A stretch of DNA of 40,771 nt from an uncultured Nitrososphaerales archaeon (GCA_963709405.1 CAVPXM010000015.1:1-40771); one strand, 5' to 3'; shown: positions 1-10,659, counted from the first letter of the stretch. Notes: generated by a model not told the origin, from the letters alone. Translations and numbers: made by a program.

Positions 1-329
1 CTTGAACCTCTGGGGAGCTTACTCTAACAATAATTTCAAATAGTCCAGTATCAGTAATGTATTTTATATTGTTAGCATAACCTCAGATAAGAACTATAAC
101 TATCTACTAGAATAGTTTGCCTTATTCACCAGATTCGATGGAATTAAAGACGTTTTAAATAGGATTAATCCCGGATTTGATTTGAGCAATGTTGGTAAAT
201 GGCACTAAAAACTGGATCTCGGGCAATATTCTCCTAATATATAGCAAATCTCTGGCATTAGACTAGACGTAGAACTTAAATACATGGAATTTGTATATAA
301 TATTGAAAAGGTGTATTTTAAGAGCACAT

Positions 330-473
330 ATGTATGAAGTAACTTGTCTCCCTTGTGGGATACGAGAGCGGTTTTCCGAAGAAGACGAAGCAATCATGCA
401 TGCTTACAATCATGAGAGAGTATTAACACATAGTACCTCAAGTGGTTACTTTGTAAGCGTGGATGAAGTCTAG
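330..473 (+). CDS. Small C2H2-like zinc-binding protein (47 aa)
   Basis: MYEVTCLPCGIRERFSEEDEAIMHAYNH... has a CxxC-x14-HxxxH pattern; TATA-like TTGTATATAA at 291-300 lies about 30 nt before ATG 330. Confidence 0.55.
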   Translation: MYEVTCLPCGIRERFSEEDEAIMHAYNHERVLTHSTSSGYFVSVDEV

Positions 474-634
474 CAATTAGACCTCTTCGTCCTTTTTTTT
501 CTTTTTGTCTTGTTCCATTCTATAACGGTATTCTCTGCACGCTCCTGATACATTTCTTGATTTTCAATACGACAAAACTTGATATCTCCTCGAAGACAGA
601 AGTTAAATATATACTGGTAGTTTTATCTTAGGGC

Positions 635-1120
635 ATGTCATCTCAGAAGCACATAATAACTGTTAGACGAGCTATTGAGGCCTTTAACACGGGTGATACG
701 AGGGATGTTCAGGAGTTCATAAGTTCAGAATATATCAATAGAGAATCGCAACGTGCTAAAGATTCATACCGATCACAACTTAGGGGACCAGATGAATTCA
801 TAGATACAATCAAGAGTTTGCGCACCGCTTTTCCTGATCTTCATTATGAAGAACGTGAAATCATTTCCCAAGATAACAAAGTAGTATTCATTGCAAATGT
901 GACTGGTACTCATACCGGTAATTTTTTCTTTGTTCCTCCAACAGGGAATAAAATCTCTTACGAAGCTGTGCACATACATACAATGGACAGTGATGGAAAG
1001 ATAATAGAACACAAAGCGATTAGGGATGATCTCAAGTTTATGATGCAATTAGGATTGGTGAAAGCCGGATCTTTTGAGTACGAGAAATTTTTCAAGGCAT
1101 GGAAGGAGATTGAACAATGA
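635..1120 (+). CDS. SnoaL-like ester cyclase / NTF2-fold protein
   Basis: AFPDLHY, GTHTGNFFFVPPTGNKI and IIEH motifs typical of SnoaL-like polyketide cyclases; TATA-like TTAAATATA about 25 nt upstream. Confidence 0.85.
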   Translation: MSSQKHIITVRRAIEAFNTGDTRDVQEFISSEYINRESQRAKDSYRSQLRGPDEFIDTIKSLRTAFPDLHYEEREIISQDNKVVFIANVTGTHTGNFFFVPPTGNKISYEAVHIHTMDSDGKIIEHKAIRDDLKFMMQLGLVKAGSFEYEKFFKAWKEIEQ

Positions 1121-1266
1121 TCATTAATAAAAAATCAGAATTCATCTTTAGCGACGAATATTTCAATTAAATTTAGCCTCAATTCTCTAATTGTATAATA
1201 TCGTTATTGGTGGTAATTGTAGACAAGGTATTACTATTTATGAATCGAGTATTTTACTTAGTGCTT

Positions 1267-1626
1267 TTATTGGATGAATAGATCTTTATCGATCGAACAA
1301 TATTTCTCTTTTCTTAATTTGCTATAATACATCTCACTAGCAGTCAGAAAGCAAACTTTGACTTTATTATCTATCTTGTTGATCTCATCATAAAGTTCAA
1401 AGCCATCCATTTCTGGCATCTTAATATCCAGGATCAATAGATCATATAATCCGGCTTTATAGCTCTTTAATGCACATATAGAATCTTCGAATGGATCAAC
1501 TTGAAAACCATTTTCTTCTAAAACAATCTTTAGAACCGAGATAACATCGACTTCATCGTCTACTAACATAACTCTTTTTTTCCTGTCATTATTTTTGGTA
1601 ATAATAGGATCTTCTGCCATTGTCAT
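1267..1626 (-). CDS. Stand-alone response regulator receiver, C-terminally truncated
   Basis: VMLVDDE, LLILDIKMPEMDG (phospho-Asp) and CFLTAS are present; it stops at FIQ* before the conserved KP motif. Confidence 0.85.
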   Translation of the reverse strand: MTMAEDPIITKNNDRKKRVMLVDDEVDVISVLKIVLEENGFQVDPFEDSICALKSYKAGLYDLLILDIKMPEMDGFELYDEINKIDNKVKVCFLTASEMYYSKLRKEKYCSIDKDLFIQ

Positions 1627-1707
1627 TAATTCTCAACTATCCCAATTGCTCCGCCACCCTGTTGGTGCCGCTTTCCACTGCTAATCATGACATCATTTAT
1701 TATCATT

Positions 1708-3578
1708 TTAGTTACCTATGATTGGTAGAGAAAAGGAGAATGTAGCTCCTTTTTCCTGTAACAAATCATCAATACCATTAGTACCAATAGTATTGGCGTT
1801 ATTTTCAGCCCAAATCTTACCACCCTGTGCCTCAATAATTTTCTTGGAAATAAATAGTCCTAGCCCTATTCCTTGAAATGATTTTGCGGCAAACTTTTCA
1901 AATAATCTTGGCAAAATATCATGATTTATACCGTTGCCAGTGTCCCTGACACTGATTAGCGCGACACTTTGATTAGTGTTCATTGTATTAACTTTCTTTT
2001 GAATTCTCACACTCACTATTCCTCCTCTCTTACGTGTAAACTTAACAGCATTGTTTAACAAATTGGAAATAACTTGAGAGATCCTATCACGATCCGCTTC
2101 GACCAACAATGTATCCTCACAAGAATCGAATAATAATTTTATATTAATGTTGGTTTTTGAAATCAGATTTTTATAATGTTCCATGATATTGAATAATACT
2201 TCGCTAAGATCAAATCGTTCCATTTCAAGATCAAGTGAATTCCCTTCTATTTTTGCAACATCTATGATTTCTGATGAAAGCTGTTTCAATCTTTCTGTGT
2301 TTCTAGTAATCATATCTAAAGAATCATCTAACTCTTGTACTTTCATATTCCCCCTTCGAGAACGAATAATACCTACGGAGCTAATTATGGGTTGAATAGG
2401 CGTTCGCAACTCATGAGCGGCAGCACTTATGAATTCACTTTGCATTTTATCGCTGATTTTCAATTGTTCGTAAGCTAATTTAAGTTGCTTATTTGATTCC
2501 TTCAATTGCTGATACAATTCAGTTTGCTTCCAGAGGTTTTCAAATATGGAAAAATAGGATAACACAGTAGGCTTACTACTTGAATATGTTGCTAATCCTA
2601 CTGCTTCTATGAAATCTTGCCTTGAATCATCAGCTGATTCTATCACCAACGATTCCTTTCGGTCAACAACTAGTATAGTAACTGTTGTAACTGCGCTCCT
2701 CTCCGCCGCCGTTAGTTCCTCATCTTCATCAATTGTTTCCAAATCTATGTGTCGTGTGTCGAAGCTCTTTTTGTTCTTCAATTGTTGTCGGTTTGATTCT
2801 CTTCCATCATGATCTCTTTGCGCATTTCCCGATTCAATGGTTAGTAATTTTTTTTCGATAGCATCATTTGTCGGGGTGAGAATTCTAACATTTAGACAAT
2901 GATCTCGTTCTGCTGCTTGTTTTAATAACTCTATTATTCCTATACGTTCTTGACGATAAAAAGCATTGATTGTAGGTAGTACTAATAATAACTCCTGCTT
3001 TGCTAGTTTTATCATATTAATGAATAAGTGTTGCACTTCCTTTGGATCTTGAATAACCTCTGTCCTACCGAAATTAATCCCTTCTTCTATTTCTTTTATT
3101 CTTAGTTCGGCAGGGGGAAGATCTATTCCAAAATGAGTCAAAAACATATTGTTGCTGTTCCAGTACTTCCTTTACATTGCTATAGATTACCTGCTGCAAA
3201 AGCTTTGCTTCTTGCAATGTTGCAGAAGCGAGATATTCGCGTTCGCTAACTGCAAAATTGCCCTTAATCCCATCTAGATGACGAAGTTCTCCAATCTTCA
3301 TAACCTCTTTGCAATAAGAAAGATTATTTTTTGTAATAGTAGTAATATATACGTATTATTCTTCTCTTCTTAATACCTATTAGAGCATTTCTAAAGACAT
3401 CGATCCCCATCACAACGGATGGCCATGTAGAATCTGCGCAAATGTCCAGCTTTGTATCCACATCCATTAAAAATTTCAAAATTGCACTCGTTGTATTCTC
3501 AGGACCATACAATACTTGGGTACGCTCAGAATTCGCAGAATTCGCATTGGACGAGGGCAATGATGATGTTCCGGTCAC
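1708..3578 (-). CDS. Sensor histidine kinase (HisKA + HATPase_c) with Nitrososphaeraceae-type N-terminal region; two apparent frameshifts
   Basis: ORFs 3324-3578, 3074-3301 and 1708-3147 join into one protein with shifts near 3330 and at the G5 run near 3112. Motifs: H-box AAHELRTP, N-box NLLNNAVKF, DTGNGI, GIGLGLFISK. Confidence 0.85.
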
Positions 3579-3860
3579 TTAATTCAGGATATACTGTCCT
3601 TTTATATAAAATTACAATAAAATTATACTGTTGTTGTTTCTTGTTATATCCGGTATTGACTTTTAATCAGAATATGTGTCTGGTTTTTGTACAAAATCAA
3701 CGATACGAATACGTTTTAAGTTGATTTTTTGATAAGGATCATTTAATCGTCCAAGATATGCGAAAAAAGTTAGATAGAATGATTACATATTTATAGTGTT
3801 ATCTACATCCATGACCACAAACATTTGGATAAGCCAGGAGAGTAGATATGAAAAGTGCAT

Positions 3861-5111
3861 ATGGGGCCTAATAATAACCCACGAATAAAAGACAAAGGAT
3901 TCCTTGATGCATTGCTAAAATTTATAGGCTCAGTTGAATCCGAATTGGATATAGTTTTGCCTCATTCTTCATCACTACAATTTCTATCGCATTATAAAGT
4001 AGTTGACTATCTGATAACACAGAGACGTCGAAAAAATATCATCATAAGGTTGTTATGCACTCTTGATGATAATACTACCAACATAGTAAGAAAGATGGTT
4101 CCTTTTATCGGGTGTAAGTCTATAAAACCAACATCAACTAAAACATCAGATGTTTCACTGGTCTTCATAAGAGATAAGCAAGATATTTTTTCTATATCAA
4201 TCAGTATGCAGTATTTTGAGAAAATGAATAAAGGCAATATTGAAAATGGAAACAAAGATCATAATATTTTTTCTATTGACGATTGGGTGTATTCAAAAAG
4301 CACCTCTCTAGTCAAAAACGCTGTTTCTAGTTTCGAAGTCATATGGGAAGAAAAAGATAATTATGATAAGATTTCTAAAGAGAAAAAACACTCTGAGCTT
4401 CTGGTCGATTTGATTACACACGATATAGGAAATTATCATCAAATAGTACAAAGTAGTTTAGGACTTGTAATTTCTCTTCTTAATAAAAATAAGGCAAAAG
4501 TATCACCACAAGACAGCGAAAAAATTTCTTTTCTTCTTAATACTGCAAAAGTTTCACTTACTAGGAGTCAGTTATTTGTAGATAACATTCGTAAACTAGA
4601 GCGGCTATATAGACAAAAGGATTTAAAATTAGCATTAAGGAACATTCCAGATGCTGTTAACAATGCGTATTCTACGGTAGAACAGACTCTATATCATAAT
4701 AATCCTCACAGTAAAAAAATCTCGTTAAATATGGTGCATGATGGATATCCTTTGGGTATAAACATAATGGCTGAAGACTTGCTTGATGAAATTTTTATAA
4801 ACTTGTTTTCTAATACCATAAAATACACTGATTTAACTCAGGTAAAGATTGACGTGACTATAAAGGAATATTTTGTTGGTGAAACAAAGTATTGGATGAT
4901 AACTGTCTCGGATTATGGTAGAGGCATACCAGATTCAATTAAAAAAGAGTTGTTCGAACGTTTTTATTCTAAAGCAAAAGGTGGAGGATTAGGCCTATCT
5001 ATAGTAAGAGCATTAGTTGAAAGATACAATGGAAAAATTTGGGTTGGAGACAAAGTATACAAGGACCATACCAAGGGGACTTCATTTGGGATGATTTTTC
5101 CAGCAGCTTGA
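3861..5111 (+). CDS. Sensor histidine kinase, divergent from the first
   Basis: H-box LITHDIGNYHQ, N-box NLFSNTIKY, DYGRGI, LFERF, GGGLGLSIV; no obvious TM segment. Confidence 0.9.
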   Translation: MGPNNNPRIKDKGFLDALLKFIGSVESELDIVLPHSSSLQFLSHYKVVDYLITQRRRKNIIIRLLCTLDDNTTNIVRKMVPFIGCKSIKPTSTKTSDVSLVFIRDKQDIFSISISMQYFEKMNKGNIENGNKDHNIFSIDDWVYSKSTSLVKNAVSSFEVIWEEKDNYDKISKEKKHSELLVDLITHDIGNYHQIVQSSLGLVISLLNKNKAKVSPQDSEKISFLLNTAKVSLTRSQLFVDNIRKLERLYRQKDLKLALRNIPDAVNNAYSTVEQTLYHNNPHSKKISLNMVHDGYPLGINIMAEDLLDEIFINLFSNTIKYTDLTQVKIDVTIKEYFVGETKYWMITVSDYGRGIPDSIKKELFERFYSKAKGGGLGLSIVRALVERYNGKIWVGDKVYKDHTKGTSFGMIFPAA

Positions 5112-5166
5112 TAATAAACTCGCAGCTTGCAATAAAGTGGGTTTTCTCTACGGGAAAGTAATCATA

Positions 5167-5721
5167 TTATTGATGCCATTGGTCGTCCATCCAGACTGGA
5201 TGATGACGCTCCCGAAGTTGTCTTATTTGCTCCGATGTCATATTATCAATATCTATAGAATCGTATGCACATATACCGATAGCTGGAAAGTTAAATTTTT
5301 GTTCCAAACACGATTCATATTCGAGCAATTCTTTAGTAAACCCGTTCCTAAAAAATGATGCCATATCTCCAACCACTCGCAGGCCCCTTTTGCCTCTTTT
5401 ATGTGAGTTTTCTACTAAAGTAGCCCATAAGGCAATTGTTCGTTGAATATTTGGAATACCATCTGGGAAATACAATTCTTCAGTAGTTCTAATGATAATA
5501 TCGCCTTTGGATTCAAGTTCTGAGACATCAACTTTCCATTCATGATTCATCCTGGCCCGAATTTCATCTTTTGATAGGTCGGTAGTTGTGAGAACAATCA
5601 CCTCATTTCGTTGAAGACCCTCTTTTAAAAAGGCAAAAGCTTCATTAAATTTTTCTTCCTTAGTGGCGTAAACTGCAATTACATGATTTCCCACTTCGAG
5701 TGTTTCTAGCCTCTGTGCCAT
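5167..5721 (-). CDS. MEDS (DcmR-like sensory) domain protein
   Basis: H-x3-Y, FLKEGL, GLRVVGDM, LLEYE and ICAYD are the characteristic MEDS motifs. Confidence 0.85.
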   Translation of the reverse strand: MAQRLETLEVGNHVIAVYATKEEKFNEAFAFLKEGLQRNEVIVLTTTDLSKDEIRARMNHEWKVDVSELESKGDIIIRTTEELYFPDGIPNIQRTIALWATLVENSHKRGKRGLRVVGDMASFFRNGFTKELLEYESCLEQKFNFPAIGICAYDSIDIDNMTSEQIRQLRERHHPVWMDDQWHQ

Positions 5722-6008
5722 CTAACTACCTGACTAACTAAACGATGTCCTATGATATAACAATTGTCACACAATATTAATCCTGAAGATTTGGAGGCCT
5801 GTCAATATCCAAAGCATGCAATAAAGGATCTTAGTAAAATTGAAAGCATACTAAATTATGTTACTTCTCGAATGCATGTTAAATCCGACATGAAAGAATT
5901 TCTTATAAAAGTTTACCGAAATATTCTCAAAGATAGTAGTAGTAACACAAGGATCCGATGTTGTGACACTTTTATACGTCTTCATCAAATATCGTACCAA
6001 TTCTGGCC

Positions 6009-6224
6009 TTGAACGATACGATCCAACCCATAATGGAACTTCAAAAATTGCTTTCGGTGAATTGCAAAATAGAAAGTGTCTATCCTACGGTCCTTGTCTC
6101 TGATGCAGAAGTGAACATAGTAACTGTCACCGTTATTTGTCCACAGGGTACAACTCATACGATTAGGGCGTATAGAGAAGAGGCTAGTGCATTAAGAGAG
6201 TATGTAAGACTTTTGAAACAATAG
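6009..6224 (+). CDS. Small hypothetical protein
   Basis: Clean 71-aa ORF with beta-strand-like periodicity; the true start may be the ATG of MELQK. Confidence 0.55.
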   Translation: MNDTIQPIMELQKLLSVNCKIESVYPTVLVSDAEVNIVTVTVICPQGTTHTIRAYREEASALREYVRLLKQ

Positions 6225-6565
6225 GAGTGATTTGAAACTGCTTGCCACATTCGAGCTACCTAGCTAGATAACGCGAGACTATTTAGTTGATAATTCTATT
6301 TGTAATCGTGTTATCCTGTTTGTCCAAGTAATAATCTATTGTCATTACTTCGAATGATTGATGCCAAACTCGATCGGCTTACCGCCTTGTTAGAGAAGAA
6401 TTCTTAAACTCGATGCTACAATGATTAACCGAAGAGAAGATTATTTAGTGTGGGGCAATCTACCGTATCGCCAAGTGAGGAGTCAGCACGATTGTTAGAT
6501 ATCGAGAAGAAGGGAAACATTGTCAACAGTAAATCATACACACGGGTTAAAGTCTTTGATGACCT

Positions 6566-6703
6566 CTAATGCCAGAACTACAGAGACATTCAAAATGCAT
6601 CAAAAAGATCATCATGTAAAGTTGCTCCCTTGTCTAAAGCACCTTCTCTGTTCTCAACCGCTGTCCTTAACACAGTGATTAACTTGTGATGTCTAGGAGC
6701 GAC
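6566..6703 (-). pseudogene. C-terminal relic of terminase large subunit-like protein (copy 1)
   Basis: Reads KLITVLRTAVENREGALDKGATLHDDLFDAF*MSL*FWH* with two nonsense codons; clearly homologous to 9243-9434. HDD-x2-DA resembles the terminase RNase H nuclease tail; the family call is from recall. Confidence 0.55.
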
Positions 6704-6739
6704 GAAAAATTCTATAAACAGAGGTACAGCCATAAAAAT

Positions 6740-7850
6740 ATGGAGAATAATCCAAATTCGAGTCAGAACAATATCGATCAAAAGAAACTTCAGAATTTTA
6801 TGCAAGTTATGTTGTCCGATCTAGGTAGTGCATACAGTGCAGTTCTCGTATATATCGGCGATAAACTTGGATTATATAAAGCTATGAAAGACGCAGGAAG
6901 ATCAATTACCTCGCAGGAACTAGCCGATATGACTGGGACTTCAGAACGTAACGTAAGAGAATGGTTAGCTAATCAAGCAGCAGGTGGTTACGTTATGTAC
7001 AATGCTGAAACCCAAATGTATTGGTTACCTAAGGAAAATGCAATGGCTCTGGCAGATGAGGATAGCCGTATATTCAATAGGCGCATTTCAAGGAACGATG
7101 TCGTACTTTAAGGATGCTTCAAAGATTATGGAGGCATTTAGAACAGGCAGAGGTCTTTCATGGGGCGAACACGATCCTGATCTCTTTATAGGAACGGAAA
7201 GGTTTTTCAAACCAGGCTATAAGGCAAATCTAGTAAGCTCATGGATACCATCGCTTGATAACGGTATAATAGAAGAAAAACTAAAGAACGAAAAAACAGT
7301 CGTTGCAGATATAGGATGCGGACATGGTGTTTCAACCATTATCATGGCAAAGGCGTACCCTAAATCCAAATTCATTGGATTTGATAATCATCCTGCTTCC
7401 ATAGAAAGGGCAAGAGAGTTAGCAAAGGAGGAGGGTCTGAGTGGAGATCAAATCAGCTTTGAGATTTCCTCTGCCACTGATTATCCCCTCTATTCTAATG
7501 CTAATAAGCAGTATGACCTTATTGCATTTTTCGATTGTCTCCATGATTTGGGGGATCCTGTAGGTGCGGCTTCTCATGCACTGAAATCACTAACGCAAGA
7601 TGGAACAGTAATGTTCGTAGAACCATTCGCCAAAGATAGAGTCGAAGACAACTTCAATCCTTTGGGCAGGTTGTTCTATGCTGCTTCAGCAATGGCGTGT
7701 GTTCCTGGTTCAATGGCATGCAATGGCCCCGCTCTGGGAGCACAAGCAGGAGAAACAAAAATACGCGAAGTTGTCATGGCCGGAGGCTTTAAGCAATTTA
7801 GGCGTGCCACACAAACGCCATTCAATATAGTATACGAAGCAAGACCCTGA
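6740..7850 (+). CDS. Class I SAM-dependent methyltransferase with N-terminal wHTH (Rv2258c-like); one frameshift near 7070
   Basis: GDKLGLYKAM...ERNVREWL N-domain in frame 6686; VADIGCGHG, FDCLHDLGDP and ALGAQAGE in frame 6984. Confidence 0.88.
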
Positions 7851-8057
7851 GAAGATAATTTCACAGGAGAATTGTTCGTCCTGAATCACAAGTCTTTGTC
7901 ACTAAATGTTATTGCATAGAAAAGGATTCACCCCCTATCAAGATACAGGAATGACAAACATGTTTTGTTAACCAGGATACCATCTTGGGTAAAATATTAG
8001 CCATGTTAGATATCTATGAGTGGAACACTAGCGGATTGAAAGCATTATCCAGTCAGA

Positions 8058-8285
8058 ATGAGAGGTTTCTATTACGTAGGTCTACAGGATCCTTCTACCG
8101 TCACGCCTGAAGGTCCATATTCCTGTCATTATTGCAATGGTCGCATTACATCTTCAGACCCGTATGAACGACACGTCGTTAAAAGTCACAAAGGTTGGAC
8201 TGCATATCTTGGACCTTCGGATATAAAACAATATGAGAACTGCATGATAGCGACAACAGAAGTAAAAGCAAAGTTGCAGATATGA
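8058..8285 (+). pseudogene. C2H2 zinc-finger fragment, likely the tail of a larger element-borne protein
   Basis: CHYC-x12-HVVKSH followed by GWTAY..SDI; short ORF with no convincing N-terminal domain. Confidence 0.45.
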
Positions 8286-8338
8286 CAGGATTAACTTATC
8301 AGGCGATGGTTTGTTAGGAAATTAGGACAAGGATGTGA

Positions 8339-8875
8339 CTATATGACATCTTGATCGCTAACGGATACATTATCAGAAGAGTCCACGTATACTCCCCCTG
8401 GGGAGACAAACTGGCCATCACCCAAGCCGGTGGAACCCCAAGACGTAATAAATGTGCCGTTAGAGGTAAACTTCTGAACTGCTGTTTCAGGACTGCCACC
8501 ATCTGTAACATATATGTTGTCAGAAGAATCTGTGGCTACTCCAGTAGCACGCGCAAAATGCCCATCTCCAGAACCAACAGTCCCCCATGATGTGATGAAT
8601 GTGCCGTTAGGAGCAAACTTTTGTATCTGATTGGACACGCTTGTTGTGTCTGTGACATATACATTATCGTCGGAATCTATTGCTATATCAAGTGGCTGTT
8701 TGAACTTCCCAAAGCCTGTGCCTTCAGACCCCCATTTTGAGAGAAAAGAATATTGTTGTCCTTGGGCTGCCGCCGGCCTGAGCACAGGATGGGTTATTAT
8801 TGTGGCAGAAAGCATGAATGTTGTCAAAACCACAAGTAGCAGAAAGGTTTTGGTGCTCGGAAACACACCCATCAT
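8339..8875 (-). CDS. Secreted NHL-repeat (6-bladed beta-propeller) protein, truncated
   Basis: Hydrophobic signal peptide ending AAA/Q; repeated WGSxGxGxGxF..P.gIA.Ds.dnvYVtD units; breaks off in the third repeat. Confidence 0.8.
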   Translation of the reverse strand: MMGVFPSTKTFLLLVVLTTFMLSATIITHPVLRPAAAQGQQYSFLSKWGSEGTGFGKFKQPLDIAIDSDDNVYVTDTTSVSNQIQKFAPNGTFITSWGTVGSGDGHFARATGVATDSSDNIYVTDGGSPETAVQKFTSNGTFITSWGSTGLGDGQFVSPGGVYVDSSDNVSVSDQDVI

Positions 8876-9101
8876 GTTATGAATGTTTTATATAAATGAA
8901 TGATGCTCACCTAAACTAACGTTCTACAACAAAACGCTACGCAAACAATAGATCTCTTTTGCGACTTTCATTTTCTGAAAAAAAATAGTGAGGAAGTAAC
9001 TTTATTGTTCATTCGAAACCCTGTCAGCATGTAAGAAACATTGTTTCAGAACTATAGAAAAATGTTATATAAACAATGTCAGCGTAGTATATATTTTACC
9101 T

Positions 9102-9242
9102 ATGAGATGGATTTGCGTTCATTGTAACAGCATAATGGATTGGACAAACTATACAGAGTTCATAAGGCAAAGCGACAACGACAAGAACAGCAATCAGGAG
9201 GCGAAAGTAGAATACCACGCTTGGCGTCTGCTGGCCGACTAG
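9102..9242 (+). CDS. Small CxxC protein (46 aa), not in the ORF track
   Basis: MRWICVHCNSIMDWTNYTEFIRQSDNDKNSNQEAKVEYHAWRLLAD*; TTATATAAA at 9065-9073 is about 30 nt upstream; its stop abuts the convergent stop at 9243. Confidence 0.45.
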   Translation: MRWICVHCNSIMDWTNYTEFIRQSDNDKNSNQEAKVEYHAWRLLAD

Positions 9243-9434
9243 TTAATGCCAGAATTGCGAGGACATCCCAAAAGCATCAAATAAGTCGTCGTGTGAAATA
9301 GTTTCTTTGTCCAATACTCCTTCACCATTTTCTACTGCCGTTCTTAGCGCGGTGATTAGTTTGCCGTCCTTTGTCTCGTCAATGGCCACCATTCCATTCT
9401 TATACTCAAGGAGTTCCTTGCAATATGCCAACAT
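9243..9434 (-). pseudogene. C-terminal relic of terminase large subunit-like protein (copy 2)
   Basis: MLAYCKELLEYKNGMVAI...KLITALRTAVENGEGVLDKETISHDDLFDAFGMSSQFWH*; homologous to 6566-6703; no ATPase part upstream. Confidence 0.55.
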
Positions 9435-9591
9435 CTTCTTATTCCCCTTGCCATGTCATTATCAGTGGTTCGCCCTATCAGAGCGCTTTATCCTAACTCT
9501 GGATACTTCGAGTGCAGCTTGGTCAATGATTTCTTCTGCTTCAACAGGACCTTGATGCCATTCCCTACCCTATTCTGAGATTGAATCTGGT

Positions 9592-9680
9592 AACAGTAAA
9601 AACAGTTGAAATCATTTGAAATCATATGGAACAGTTGGAAACGGACAGGAAACATACTGTAACATTTGGAAACAGTAAGT
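9592..9680. repeat. Degenerate ~10-bp tandem array (consensus about AWCAKTTGRA, 8-9 units)
   Basis: AACAGTTGAA ATCATTTGAA ATCATATGGA ACAGTTGGAA ACGGACAGGA AACATACTGT AACATTTGGA AACAGTAAGT; it ends at a TATA-like TTTAAG about 30 nt before ATG 9715. Confidence 0.6.
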
Positions 9681-9714
9681 TTAAGGCTTTAGCGTCCACT
9701 TTATTTACTTATAG

Positions 9715-10659
9715 ATGCATGAATTAAACAGGCAGGAAAAAGAAGATTACGTCATAGACCTGTATGATAATCAGAAGAAGACATTTCGAGAAGTACAGAA
9801 AATAGTAAGGAAATCTCCTCGCGATATAAAGTTAATTCTAGACAAAGCAAACCCAACCTCTTCCAAATCTACTATTGTATCATCCCAATCCTCACAGGCC
9901 TATCGAATGTTTGAAGAAGGAAGTACTCCAATCCAAGTCGCTATTGCCCTAGACCTAAGGGAGAAAGAAGTAAGCGAGTTATACAGAGAATGGTGGAATC
10001 TTAATGGACTGTATCAACTAAATCAGGTCTATGAAGAATTAGCCAATGACATTTGGTCAATCGCTGAATTAAATAGGAGAAGGAAGGCAGAAGGTCTTAG
10101 TATACAACGGGTAAGCATAATTCTTAAGAGTATCACAACACTTGAACGTCAAACCATGGATATGGAATGTGAAAAGACTAGACTGGAAGTAAACAATAAG
10201 TATGCAGCAACAACTTTTCAACAGTTTACTGATTCCATACAAAGAAACCGTAAGACAATGCAAGAAAATGAATATATCATTAACAAGCAGAAAATGGAGA
10301 TTAATAGATTAAGTACAGAAAAGGCAAGACTGGAGACCACAGTGGCTGATACTTGGATGAAGGTTATTGAGCCTAAGGCTACTAATAATGCCATGACGCC
10401 TATGGCTACTCCTATTACTACTACTACTTCTATCACTACTGCTGCTACTACTACCATTACAAATCAGCCTGAACTTGAACCCGAACTTGAACCTGAATCC
10501 GAACCTGATATACCAATATCATATCCTTCTGCTATAGTAGTAGGAGAAATGGGAGAGAAGGAGGATAGTCATAATAGCAACGTAATTTTCGATACTCGAA
10601 ACTTGTCACAGTTGGTCAGTCTAGCTTACAAGGATGTTTTAAGATTAAGATTCAAGTGA
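9715..10659 (+). CDS. HTH plus coiled-coil hypothetical protein with Thr-rich and Pro/Glu-rich linker
   Basis: N-terminal HTH-like TFREVQKIVRKSPRDI; second HTH-like AYRMFEEGSTPIQVAIALDL; heptad-rich middle; TTT and EPELEPE low-complexity tract. Confidence 0.7.
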   Translation: MHELNRQEKEDYVIDLYDNQKKTFREVQKIVRKSPRDIKLILDKANPTSSKSTIVSSQSSQAYRMFEEGSTPIQVAIALDLREKEVSELYREWWNLNGLYQLNQVYEELANDIWSIAELNRRRKAEGLSIQRVSIILKSITTLERQTMDMECEKTRLEVNNKYAATTFQQFTDSIQRNRKTMQENEYIINKQKMEINRLSTEKARLETTVADTWMKVIEPKATNNAMTPMATPITTTTSITTAATTTITNQPELEPELEPESEPDIPISYPSAIVVGEMGEKEDSHNSNVIFDTRNLSQLVSLAYKDVLRLRFK

